From: Pirellulales bacterium
GTDB lineage: Bacteria > Planctomycetota > Planctomycetia > Pirellulales > PALSA-1355
NCBI GenBank assembly: GCA_963733035.1
Contig: CAVTBU010000005.1
Coordinates: forward strand, 2,016,001 to 2,080,000
DNA length: 64,000 bases
Reading direction: 5' to 3'
Shown here: piece by piece, positions 20,131 through 30,443 of the stretch
Numbering within the stretch: the first letter of the stretch is position 1
How the letters are laid out: each line of letters starts with the position of its first letter
Translations under genes and position numbers: made by a program
The notes under the pieces: model-generated
Seen by the model: only the letters and a program-made list of their open reading frames with translations
Told to the model about the DNA's origin: nothing
Databases searched by the model: none

Positions 20131-21761
20131 ATGCGGCAAGGCGTTTTGGGACTTCGCGCAATCGCTGCGGTTGCCGCACTTCTGGCGGTTTGCGCGCGGC
20201 CGTGCGGCGGGGCCCGACGTGCGGGCGTTATTTCCGGCGGGCGGCCAGCGAGGCACCACGGTTGAAGTCTCCCTGGCGGGCAAACAGGAGCATTGGCCAG
20301 TACAGACTTGGGTCGACGGATCGGGCCTTACGATTTCGGCGTCCGAGGAAAAGGGCAAGCTTTCGATCGCTGTCGCGCCAGACGCAGTGCCAGGGCTCCG
20401 CTGGATTCGCGTGTATGATGCGACCGGGACGAGTCCGCCGCGGCCGTTCGTCGTCGGCACGCTTGGTGAAGTTGTCGAGACCGAAGGCAACAACGCCCCG
20501 CGCACGGCACAAGCCCTCGCTACGTCGAGCGTAATCGTGAACGGAAAGCTAGGAGGAGGAGGCGACGTCGATGTCTTTAGCCTCCCGCTCCTGGATGGGC
20601 AAACGCTTGTGGCCTCCCTGTCCGGCCACGAACTCCTCGGTTCGCCGATGGATGCCGTGCTGCACGTGGTTTCGTCCGCCGGCTATCAACTCGCCTATAA
20701 CCACGACCGTCGCGGACTCGATCCAGAAATTGTCTTCACGGCACCAGCCGCAGGAACCTATTTGCTGCGCGTGTTTGGATTCCCATCCGCGCCGAATTCG
20801 ACAATTGGCTTCTCCGGAAGCGATCGGCACATCTATCGCCTCACAGTGACCACGGGTGGCTTTGTCGACTATCCCTGGCCACTGGCGGTTACACGAGATC
20901 AAGACACCGATGTTGCCTTGGTGGGCTGGAACATCCCTGATTCGCTCGCCACCGTCAAAGTGCAAGCCGAAGCCGAGACGGCTCGAATTGCCGACCCCCA
21001 ATTGGCCAACGTTGCCATGGTTCGCGTCGAATCGCATGCCACGCGGATTGAAACCGAACCAAACGGCCCGGATGTGCCTCAGGCGATCTCGGCGCCACTG
21101 ACGGTCACCGGCCGTATCGCCGACCGCGAAGATACCGACGTCTTTGTGGTCGAGGCCAAGCAGGGGCAACCGCTTGAAATTCAGCTTGAGAGTCGCGAGC
21201 TCGGTTACCCGCTCGATGGTGTGCTGCAAATTGCCGACGAGGCGGGAAAATCAATTACCAAGGTCGATGACGACGGCGGAGGACGCGATCCGAGCACGGT
21301 GTTTTCTCCACCCGCCGACGGCAACTATCGAATTACCGTCAGCGACCTGAACCGCCACGGTAGTCCTCGGCATGTATATCGCCTACGAATTGTTCCGGCG
21401 ACGCCCGCCTATGAGGTGACGGTCGATGCCGATTCCTACACGGTCGAGCCCGATAAACCGGTCGAAATCACACTGTCCATAAGCCGTCAACATGGATTCG
21501 CCGAGGAAATTGCCTTTCGCGTGACAGGGCTTCCCGATTTCATCACCGCCGCTTCGGTGAAATCAGCGCACCGATGGTGACAGCGCTAAGTCGGTCAAGC
21601 TATCGTTGATGAGTACCGGCGGCGCGTTTTCGGGGCCAATTCGCATCGAGGCGAAGGCCAGTGGCGACATGCAAATATTACGTGTCGCGACTGCGGCGAT
21701 TCCCGATCACACGGCACGAATCGCCGAACTTTGGCTCACGGCAACCGAAACGAAAAAGTAG
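20131..21761 (+). CDS. Secreted pre-peptidase C-terminal (PPC) repeat protein (frame breaks at ~20195 and ~21568)
   Basis: Signal peptide from ATG 20131; FPAGGQRGTTVEV, ETEGNN/ETEPN, DVDVF, GSPMD repeats; C-terminus continues in the +1 frame (DGDSAKSVKL...LWLTATETKK) to TAG 21761. Confidence 0.8.
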
Positions 21762-21964
21762 GCGTGCCGGGCTCGACGATTCGCACCAGGAGCGAAGCCC
21801 CCATGCAAAGCACATGGCCTGGTCGAGCCCAATTTGGGTGGGATAGTCGACAAGGCGCGACAAATCCACGGCGTCTTGCGGCAGCCGAGCGGGCAATTCC
21901 CAGCCTATAATTCAGTTGGATTGTCTTCCGTTCAATTCAACACTCGCGGAAAAGAGGTCTGACT

Positions 21965-22132
21965 ATGTTGCGCTGGGCTGTCATCTTCCTGCTGATCGCC
22001 TTGGTTGCCGGGGCCCTGGGGATGTTCGGCGTCGAAGGACTGGCAATGCAGATCGCCAGGATCCTGTTCGTCGTGTTCCTGGTGCTCTTCGTCGTGACCC
22101 TGATCACCGGACGGCGGATTCGCATTCCGTAG
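21965..22132 (+). CDS. DUF1328 (UPF0391) small membrane protein, 55 aa, absent from the ORF track
   Basis: [62 protein letters not shown] upstream. Confidence 0.88.
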   Translation: MLRWAVIFLLIALVAGALGMFGVEGLAMQIARILFVVFLVLFVVTLITGRRIRIP

Positions 22133-22175
22133 GGGCGACAAACCGCCTTTGCCATTGCGTACGGATCGCGGGTGC

Positions 22176-22754
22176 TCACGCACCGTGCTGGAGGCGTGCG
22201 ATTCGCGACATCCATTGTCTCACGAGCTTCTCCACATTAGCCGCCAGCGGAAACGTGACTCGCATCGGTACGAATGCTGTCGTTCCATCGGGCACAGGTG
22301 GACCTAAGGGTTGGAATCCAAGCCGCTCGTACATCGGCACTCGTTCGACAACTCCGGAAATGTAGACGTCGTCATAGCGATGACGTGCGTGCAAGAGGGC
22401 CGACCACAGCAATCCCACCATCACTGGTCCCCCGCGATGAGTCGGCTCGACCGCCAGCAACCGCACTTCCAACGGCCGTCGTCCGGGCGTACTCAGAACG
22501 GACGGATCGTCCAGCCGTGCGGCGATCGAGAAGGGGGGACGATCGTGCACGCTGATCATTCCCACGACACGCCGGTCGTCCAGCGCAACAAAGTACGTAT
22601 TCTTGTCGTGGAATTTATCCACGAGCCGGCCGGGGACGGTGGCAATGTGCTGAGGTATCTCTTCGACGAACGTGCGATAGTTTAGCTGGTGAATCTGCTC
22701 GATCTCGTCGTCGGTATCGGCAGGTTTGAACAAATAGCGGCCGACTTGCAACAT
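22176..22754 (-). CDS. GNAT-fold N-acyltransferase
   Basis: LNYRTFVEEIPQH, LVDKFH, EVRLLAVEPTHRG, MYERLGF; start at ATG 22754. Confidence 0.8.
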   Translation of the reverse strand: MLQVGRYLFKPADTDDEIEQIHQLNYRTFVEEIPQHIATVPGRLVDKFHDKNTYFVALDDRRVVGMISVHDRPPFSIAARLDDPSVLSTPGRRPLEVRLLAVEPTHRGGPVMVGLLWSALLHARHRYDDVYISGVVERVPMYERLGFQPLGPPVPDGTTAFVPMRVTFPLAANVEKLVRQWMSRIARLQHGA

Positions 22755-22867
22755 GGCTCGCAACCTCAAACTCGCGAGGGATTCGCGCAGATTATAGTAT
22801 GAGTAGCGTACCGGCGGTAAATTGTCGGAGATCAAACGTAGTCCGTGGCCCGCACAGGAGACGATCC

Positions 22868-23194
22868 ATGACGCTTCCACACGCCGAAAACCGCACGCTC
22901 GAGTTCGAGGGGGGCCAGGCCATTGGCTCAAGCTACCAGTGGCCCGGCGGACAGTATTGCGCCATCCATACGGCGCGTGGTCTAGTTGGATGCGGTATTT
23001 ACGACATCCGCGCGGCCAATGAATTCAATCTGGCCGTGGCCATCGCGCGAGGCACGCCGGCCAAACCACTGCGCAATCCGGAAGACTTATTCGACGCCAA
23101 GATCCTGGAAGTCAGCGAGGCCGCCGAGAAACTCGGCGTTTCGGCGGGCATGACAGGGCGCCAGGCCGTCGAGAAGCTGCTCAACGCGAAGTAA
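22868..23194 (+). CDS. YunC/DUF1805 family protein
   Basis: GLVGCGIYD...A..LGVSAGMTGRQAVEKL pattern; AGGAG RBS before ATG 22868. Confidence 0.75.
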   Translation: MTLPHAENRTLEFEGGQAIGSSYQWPGGQYCAIHTARGLVGCGIYDIRAANEFNLAVAIARGTPAKPLRNPEDLFDAKILEVSEAAEKLGVSAGMTGRQAVEKLLNAK

Positions 23195-23207
23195 ACCCTG
23201 GGTGCTA

Positions 23208-26200
23208 CTACCGCGGCTGACCGCTCGCCGAGGGCGGCAGGGCGTTCATCGCCGGCGGGGTCGACTGCGTGGCGGGGGGCGTGACGATCGGTTTGGCCGG
23301 CGCCTTCGGCTGGTTCGCGTTTGGAATTACGACATTCAATAAGTTCACACCCGTGGTCCGCACGCGATGGTCGGCAAACCAGTATTCAACGAGCGTGGCT
23401 CGATATTCCTGACGCTGTCCGCCGTTTTGATTCTCCATGAACATCTCCGCCGGACTGCCATGGAGCGCGAGTTTATCATTCCGCTCGACATAGGTAAGCT
23501 GCGTTCCTTGGGCGGTAAACCGTTGACTCTCGGCAAAGATGCTGCCCGTCGCGTCGAGTTCGAAGTAACCTCGCTTGGTTCCAGGCGGCCCCGGCATTTG
23601 TCGCACATCCAAGGCATCGGCCTCAAGCGACATGCCCTTGGCGCCTAGTCCTGTCAGGTCCGTATCGTCGAGCTGATCACCCCATCCGGCGACGGGGCCA
23701 TAGATCGTCTTGGTCTGATCAAAGAATTTGACTTCACGACGATTCAAATTGCCCGTCAAGCCTTGGCGGAATTTTACATGGAGATAGGTCAACTCGTCTT
23801 TGTCATCCTCGGCGGGAGGCCTCGGCGGGCGGCTTTTGACCCGGTAAATTGACGGCTTGGGGCGATCCGATTGAGACGTGCTTGACCCAGCCTGGTCCAA
23901 TCCCACCAATGGCTCCGCTGGAGCGGTCGATCGACAAGTCGTTCACTCCCATCTGGCTGAACGATGTTTGCTGTCCCTGCTCGTCGAGTTGCCGTCCCTC
24001 GAGGAAGGTCCAGCCCCGCGTGCGAAGCGCAGCCAGATCGAGTCGCTCGCCGGGAGCCGCCGGACCGACATTTGGGTTTGCAAAGTCGACCGGACGAGTG
24101 AGCGTTGCCTCGAGCGTTTCCGTATTGACCACCTGCTGGGCGCTGCGGGCCACGACCGCGCCAGTGAAGATCGCCGTGTTCGTTTGGAAGTTCATGCCTT
24201 TTTTCCAATCCACCGTCAGCGACTCGGGGCGAGTTAGTGGTTTGCCGTCGAAATCCTGCGTGACGGGAAGCATCAATTGCCCCGGTCCGTTGATCCACAG
24301 GCGATTGGTCTTTTTTTCCAATTCGATCGTCTCGCCCCACAGCGACATTCCCTGGGCCTCGACAAATCCGGGTTGGCCCTTGATCGTGACGTGCGTCGCG
24401 TCGGTGTGAGCATCCGAGACATGTAAGCGATCACCCTTAACCATCAATAGGCGTTTTTTGAGCTCGCCGGTCAAGTTCCACTGCTTAAGCTCAGCATCCT
24501 GTTCGATGATTGCGCTGGCGATTGCGAGCTCATCTCCCCGTGGCACGAGTCGAATTTGAACCGAGCGGCCGGTGACGTCAAATTTGTCGCCAGGACGCTG
24601 CGGCGCCGATTGCGGCTGAGCGTCGCTCCGCACCACGGAACCTGCCGCGCCGGTCTGCGGAGCTGGAGAAGTTGGTTGACGCGCGACGATCACTTCCAGC
24701 AGATTCGTCACGGCGTGCAATTGCGTCGAATCGATCTTCACGTCACCCTGACTCTGCGGGGAGTCGGCGGTCTGGTAGCGGCGTGCGACGACGCGCTCGA
24801 TCTGCCAGGCATCGGAGTTCGGTGCACCGCCAGCGGGCAATTGATGAGCCGCTGGTTTGAACGGACCTTGCTGGGCAACCTGTGGCGGAGCGGGCTTGGG
24901 GCTTTTACTCAGCCAGGCAAAAACTTCGTCGGCCGTGATCTCCCCCATTTGTCCAATGTTGATCGTCGCCGCGCCGCGCAGCGAGGCGCGATAGAGCGAC
25001 CCGTCTGGCACAAATCGCAGTTCACGAGCCCAGCTCGCCTTGTACTTGCCGGCTGGATCATTCGGCAAATTGCCATGGATGACACCCGGGCCAAATGCCG
25101 TCAGCGTACCCGGCTCGTTGCCCACACCAGGCTCGTAGTCGACGCCATGACAGCGGGCATACATGCCTTGCCCGGGAGACCTCATGGTGACCGGGTTTCC
25201 GCGGGCTTCGATCAGCCGCACCTGTTGCGCCGACGCCGGTCGACCGGCGGTCGATAGCGGGGCAGGGGGAGCCGCTACGGTGTCACCCGGGCGGACAAAA
25301 TAGACCGTGAGTAGCTGGCAATTGAGCTGGTCGCTCTCGCCGCTCGGGTTGAGCAGGAACACGTCGACGTCTTGATGGAACGAAGCCGCGTAATCCAGCA
25401 TGTCGAACTCAAACGAGCGGCGACAGGTGATTTCGATCGTGTTTTTGCCAGCTGGCGGTGGCGCGACCGTGCTTTCGGCCTCTGACGAGCCGGCCAGCGG
25501 TCCGGTTCCCATCTCCAAACGCATTTTCACGTCGCGTTTCAATTCCAATGAGCGAACCGTCAGTCCCCGCATGGCTCCCTGAGGAGCTCCCGGCTCGCTC
25601 GACGCAAATTTGATTTCTAAATCGCGCCCACTTCCGCGACTGCGCCCCAAACGAAAATCCACCGGCTCTGGTGTCCAGGCGCGATCGCTAGACATTTGCA
25701 CATTGCGGGTTTTGATCTCTAGATCGTCCCCTTTGCCGGGCACGCTCTCATGCTGAAAGATGCGAATATCTCCTCGCAGAGTTCCCCCCAGAAACCGCCG
25801 CTTCGAAAGATCAACCGTTCGCAACACAATCTTCTCATCAAACTGAATAATCGCACCCTCGAAAGCTCGCATGATGATCGGACGCGTCTGACCTTGGCCA
25901 CCCGCCTTATCGAAGAACATTAACGTGCAAGGATTCAGCTTGACGCTGCCGTCGAGCTGCGGTTCTAGCTTTTCGAAAAGCAGCCGCATTTGACCGCTTT
26001 GCCAGATCGCGGGATCCTTGGCCTCCCAATCGCCTGCCGCAAAATACTGCGACAGTTCGCGCTGTCGCGCCGTTACCGTATCGCGGGCGGCACCGATTCT
26101 CTCTTCTGAAGTGCTATCGGCAACCCGCTCGTCGGCGCTGGGTTCAATGAGCGGCACCGCGATGAACCAGTACAACCAGTAGCAGACCAGCACGACCGCC

Positions 26201-26286
26201 AGGCTCACCAGCGACTGGCCCGTCAGTGCCCAGCGAGAAGGACGACCAATTTGCGCGGGGCTAGTTCCTACCACGGCCTCGGACAT
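23208..26286 (-). CDS. Large membrane-anchored beta-rich protein, probable LptC/LptA(OstA)-like repeat protein, ~1,025 aa (frame break at ~23810-23870)
   Basis: N-terminal TM, an LptC-like segment, several LptA-like segments; starts 10 nt after the kdsC stop. The two ORFs overlap in adjacent frames. Confidence 0.6.
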
Positions 26287-26295
26287 CGCGCTCGC

Positions 26296-26820
26296 CTAAG
26301 TCGTCGTGTACTTCTGAACCAGGTCATCCCACCGCCGTTGTGCCTTGAGAATTAGCTCGATCACTTCGCGCACGGCGCCGCTGCCGCCGGGCAGCGTCGT
26401 CGTGTGGTGGGCGGCGGCGCGGGCCTCCATGCAGGCGTCGGCCACGGCCACTCCGAGGCCCACGTGACGGATGACGGGGACGTCAGGCAAGTCGTCACCG
26501 ATGTAACACACCCGAGCCGGATCAAGTCGCAATTGCATGAGAATTTCTTGGGCTACCGGCAATTTGTCTTCGGCAGTCTGCCGTACGATGTCGATGCCCA
26601 ACTCTGCCGCCCGCACCTTTACCACGTGCGAGCTTCGTCCGGTGATCAGTCCGAACTTGTAACCGGCCCGCTGCCAGAGGCGAATTCCCAGCCCGTCGCG
26701 AATGTGAAACTGCTTGGTTTCTATCCCCTGGTTGTTGAAGATGATGTGTCCGGCCGTCAGCACACCGTCGACATCGGCCAGGATTAACTCGATATTGTGA
26801 CAAAGTGCGTCGGTTTTCAT
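26296..26820 (-). CDS. kdsC: KDO 8-phosphate phosphatase (HAD family)
   Basis: DVDGVLT, RDGLGI, ITGRSS, YIGDDLPD, GGSGAVRE; ATGA overlap with kdsD. Confidence 0.92.
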   Translation of the reverse strand: MKTDALCHNIELILADVDGVLTAGHIIFNNQGIETKQFHIRDGLGIRLWQRAGYKFGLITGRSSHVVKVRAAELGIDIVRQTAEDKLPVAQEILMQLRLDPARVCYIGDDLPDVPVIRHVGLGVAVADACMEARAAAHHTTTLPGGSGAVREVIELILKAQRRWDDLVQKYTTT

Positions 26821-27968
26821 GCACATTCCCGCGATCGGGCTCCTCGCGAGGACGACTTGCTTGCGCTGGCGGCCGGCTGTTTGGACCGACCCCGTTTTTT
26901 TCCGGGAAAGGTTCTCAGCTGCGGCGTGTCGCCGGTCGGCTGCGGCAATGACAACCGAGCCTCCGGAAACAGCGACACGACGTCCGTTATATCCAGCATG
27001 CCTACCGGCCGACCACGCCGGTCAATGACTGGCAGTTCGCTGATCTTCCGCTCGGCCATGATCGCCACGGCGTCGAGCATCATCGAGCCCTGCGGCACCG
27101 TGCAGGGCCGAGCGGTCATCACCTCACGAATTGGCCGATCGAGCGACGCGTCGCGCTTGTGTTCAAAAAGTCGGGCCAAGTCACTATCGGTAAACAGTCC
27201 TGCGAGCTTGCCGGCCTTGTTGACCAGCATGATGGCACCGGTCCGGCGGCCGACTTGACCGTGCCCGACAAAAACTTGCCGCACATCATGCCACTGGCCA
27301 GCCACGCGACATAGACCAAGAGGTCGCATGAATTCCTCGACCTTACTCAACTGTCGGCCCAGGCTACCGGCCGGGTGAAAGCGGGCAAAGTCTTCACGAC
27401 GAAAATCGCGCAGCCGGCTGGTTACCAGGGCCAGCGCGTCTCCGCAGGCCAACATCGCCGTGGTGCTCGTGCTGGGCGCCAGGCCGTGCTCGCAGGCTTC
27501 CTGGAGCGGCCCAAGTTCGATGACGATCTGGGCCGCGCGGCCCAGCGTGCTGGAGCGCCGGGAGGTCACGGCAATCATCGTCACACCGAACTCTGTTAGC
27601 GACGGCAATAGCCGCACGACCTCCTCGGTCTCACCGCTCTGCGAAAACAGCACCACGACGTCGTCCGCCCGTATGCGCCCTAAGTCACCATGTACGGCCT
27701 CGGCGGGATGGAGCCAATGGCTACGCGTGCCGGTTGATGCCAGGGTGGCGGCGATCTTTTGGGCAATCAGGCCCGCCTTGCCCATGCCCGAGGTGATCAC
27801 GCTGCCGCGGCAGGCAAATAGGGTCTCGACCGCATGACAGAATTCATGGTCGAGTCGCTCGGCCAAATGTGCAAGTGCGCGGCCCTCGAGCTCGATGATT
27901 TCGCGAGCATAGCGAAGTTGGGCAGCACGATTGGTCGACAGGGTGCTAGCGCGCCGCGGGGTGCTCAT
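26817..27968 (-). CDS. kdsD: Arabinose-5-phosphate isomerase (KpsF/GutQ; SIS + CBS domains)
   Basis: SGMGKAGLIAQKIAATLASTGT, HPAEAVHGDLG, SQSGET, APSTSTT, FHPAGSLG, CBS pair. Confidence 0.93.
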   Translation of the reverse strand: MSTPRRASTLSTNRAAQLRYAREIIELEGRALAHLAERLDHEFCHAVETLFACRGSVITSGMGKAGLIAQKIAATLASTGTRSHWLHPAEAVHGDLGRIRADDVVVLFSQSGETEEVVRLLPSLTEFGVTMIAVTSRRSSTLGRAAQIVIELGPLQEACEHGLAPSTSTTAMLACGDALALVTSRLRDFRREDFARFHPAGSLGRQLSKVEEFMRPLGLCRVAGQWHDVRQVFVGHGQVGRRTGAIMLVNKAGKLAGLFTDSDLARLFEHKRDASLDRPIREVMTARPCTVPQGSMMLDAVAIMAERKISELPVIDRRGRPVGMLDITDVVSLFPEARLSLPQPTGDTPQLRTFPGKKRGRSKQPAASASKSSSRGARSRECA

Positions 27969-28250
27969 GAGGGGCGACCTCTTGGCCAGGGCGGAAGTTA
28001 GTTTCGGGGCGACTTTTTTCGAGACCGCCGGTGGACGGGGGATTGTAGCCACGCCACGAAAACCGGGCAACGCGGAAGCAGGCACGCTTTAAATTGGGAA
28101 GCAGCGATGGTGTGGTTTTGGGCATCCGTGCGATCGTCAGCAGGGATGAACGCGCCCCGCGGCTTTACATCCGGGCGAAAGGAGCACAAGTGCATGCTAG
28201 TATTAGCCAATCTGCTATTCGGCAAGACGCACCCAGTACATCCTGGCTTC

Positions 28251-28279
28251 TGGCCGATTTCCGCGCCATTTCGTATAAT
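28251..28279 (+). promoter_or_regulatory. Candidate sigma70 promoter for fba
   Basis: TGGCCG-17 nt-TATAAT, 95 nt upstream of ATG 28374. Confidence 0.4.
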
Positions 28280-28373
28280 CGCGTGATTCCAGCAAGAACC
28301 TGCCGTTTTCGTGGCCGTCGAGGCGCAGCACCGGCCGCTAGCACTCCGGCCCGATTTTTGGAGACCGACTCAG

Positions 28374-29369
28374 ATGATCGTTACGACCAGCGAGCTGTTT
28401 CAGCAAGCCTATGGCAAATACGCCATCGGTGCTTACAACATCAACAACCTCGAGCAAACCGTGGGACTGTTCCGCGGCAACCTCGGCCTGGTCAAGTCGA
28501 ACGACGACCCGATCGATGCCAGCAAAAGTGCTCCCTTTATCATCCAACTTTCGCGCGGCGCTCGGGGCTACACCGACAAGCGGTTTCTGGAGTCCATGAT
28601 CCGCGCGGCCGAGGAAGTGTTCGAAAAGGCGATCTTTGCCGTGCATCTCGATCACGGCACCGAGGAAGTCTGTTACGATTGCATCGACAGCGGCTTCTAC
28701 TCGTCGGTTATGATCGACGCGTCGCATGAGACGTTCGATGAGAACATCGCCATCACGCACCGCGTGGTCCAGCGGGCCCACGAAAAGGGAATCTCTGTCG
28801 AAGCCGAGCTCGGCATGCTGGGTGGCGTCGAGGAAGACATCGAAGTCGATGCCGACAACGCCTGCTTGACCGATCCCGACCAGGCGGTCGAGTTCGTAGA
28901 GCGAAGCGGTTGCGATTCGCTGGCGGTCGCCATTGGCACTTCGCACGGAGCCTACAAGTTTAGCGGCGGCCAGGGCCTGCACTTCGATCGAATCGCGGCC
29001 ATTCAAAAATTGCTGCCCGGCTTTCCGCTCGTGATGCATGGCTCGAGCAGCGTACCCAAGAATTGGGTTGAGCGGATCAACAAGGCTGGCGGCAAGCTCG
29101 GCGACGCCAGCGGGGTGCCCGAGGATCAATACTTGCCGGCCGCGAAGCTGGGTGTTACGAAGGTGAACATCGACACCGACGGCCGTCTGGTGTGGTGTGC
29201 AATCTATCGCGAGGTGTTTCGCGATAAGCCTGAGGATTTTGATCCCCGCACGGCCGGCAAGCCGTTCATGGCCGCCTACGCCGAATACATCACGCACAAG
29301 AACCAGATGCTCGGTTCGGCCGGTCAACTAGAGACCGTACGTGCAGCGCTGGCCGGGCAGCCCGTCTGA
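28374..29369 (+). CDS. fba: Class II fructose-bisphosphate aldolase
   Basis: GAYNINN, HLDHG, SSVMIDAS, EAELG, AIGTSHGAYK, VMHGSS, KVNIDTD. Confidence 0.95.
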   Translation: MIVTTSELFQQAYGKYAIGAYNINNLEQTVGLFRGNLGLVKSNDDPIDASKSAPFIIQLSRGARGYTDKRFLESMIRAAEEVFEKAIFAVHLDHGTEEVCYDCIDSGFYSSVMIDASHETFDENIAITHRVVQRAHEKGISVEAELGMLGGVEEDIEVDADNACLTDPDQAVEFVERSGCDSLAVAIGTSHGAYKFSGGQGLHFDRIAAIQKLLPGFPLVMHGSSSVPKNWVERINKAGGKLGDASGVPEDQYLPAAKLGVTKVNIDTDGRLVWCAIYREVFRDKPEDFDPRTAGKPFMAAYAEYITHKNQMLGSAGQLETVRAALAGQPV

Positions 29370-29424
29370 CCATCCGACTCGATTGGCCGGCGAGTTTCGA
29401 TCGATAGAGGCGCCGCACCCGCGG

Positions 29425-30305
29425 CTATTCTTCGATGTCGTTGGTAATCGACGTGAGATTGTCCTGGGGTGGACCATCGTAAAACGCGGCGTCCGGGGCC
29501 GCCCGCGCGCGCGCACGACCCACAACATCGGGATGGGCTTGTCGCCTCTGGTATCGGTGAAGAAGAGATAGCCGGGGCTTGCACTGCGATCTGGCCTGCT
29601 GGCCATCAAGAACATTTGGCCCGGTGCAAGTTGCGGTTCAACGGCTAAATCTGTAAACACGCGCTTGGGTCGTTCCTGGGTAAACATGATCATTCCGTCG
29701 CTACCGCGCATGCGGTTTTGAAACACGCCGTAGTGCAACTCGGGAACGATCTCCAGCCGGACCCGGCCGTCATTCTCCGGATAGGGTCGCAGAGCCAGGC
29801 GGCACTCGGCCTGGCGGTAGGTTTTGCCGCACACTTCGCCATTCACCGATTCGAGCAGCGACAGTTCTTCGCGCATGTTCGGCAGGGCAAGTTCGGTGCG
29901 CTTGCCGGCCTTCGCTTGCACGACTCGCAAGTTCACGCTCCCGTCGGGGTTGAGCGAAACGGAGTACTTTTGATCTTCCTCCACGGGTCGGTCAGTCAGG
30001 TTTAAGATTTCCGCCAACTCGGTAGGGATGCCCGGACCGATGATTCCCGCACGGAAACCGTTGTCCGCGAGACGGCGTCGCAGGTCAGGTGGTAGCGATT
30101 GTTCGTCAACGAGCTTCCAAAGCTGCGCCAATGCTTCTTCGCCCTGGCGTACCGGCGCCGAAAAGATCTCGAGCGAGACCGTATCGGGCGCAGCGGACAA
30201 CGGTGCCAACGGCAATTTCGACGCGGCATTCGGCTCGACGATGCGGCAACTGCCGCTCATCAATACCACAACCCACAGCAAAATGGCGCGCATCGCCATA
30301 CGCAT
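29425..30305 (-). CDS. Hypothetical protein, probable lipoprotein (probable frame break in the (CG)n run at 29504-29514)
   Basis: Basic/hydrophobic signal then Cys (LMSGSC). Shifting frame in the CG run gives ...RAAPDAAFYDGPPQDNLTSITNDIEE* ending at 29425, which removes a 42-nt overlap with fba. Confidence 0.6.
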
Positions 30306-30443
30306 GCCGAAATTCCCAGCTGGAACGTTCGAAAGACAAGACCGCGAAGACGCTTCGCCGCGACGTGAGGGGCGTACAGTACCCACCGGGATCGATTTGT
30401 GTCAATGCATGCGCCACTCGCGATGACAGCATCGGCTGCTAGC

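Noticed and set aside
18830..20179. 449-aa antisense ORF over DUF1501, and similar shadows at 1350-2378, 28338-29327, 48481-49494, 55281-56384 and 59331-60896
   Set aside because: Codon-mirror ORFs expected opposite GC-rich genes; no recognisable motifs.
29328..29424. Tail-to-tail overlap of the lipoprotein ORF with fba
   Set aside because: Disappears when the frame is corrected in the (CG)n run at 29504-29514.
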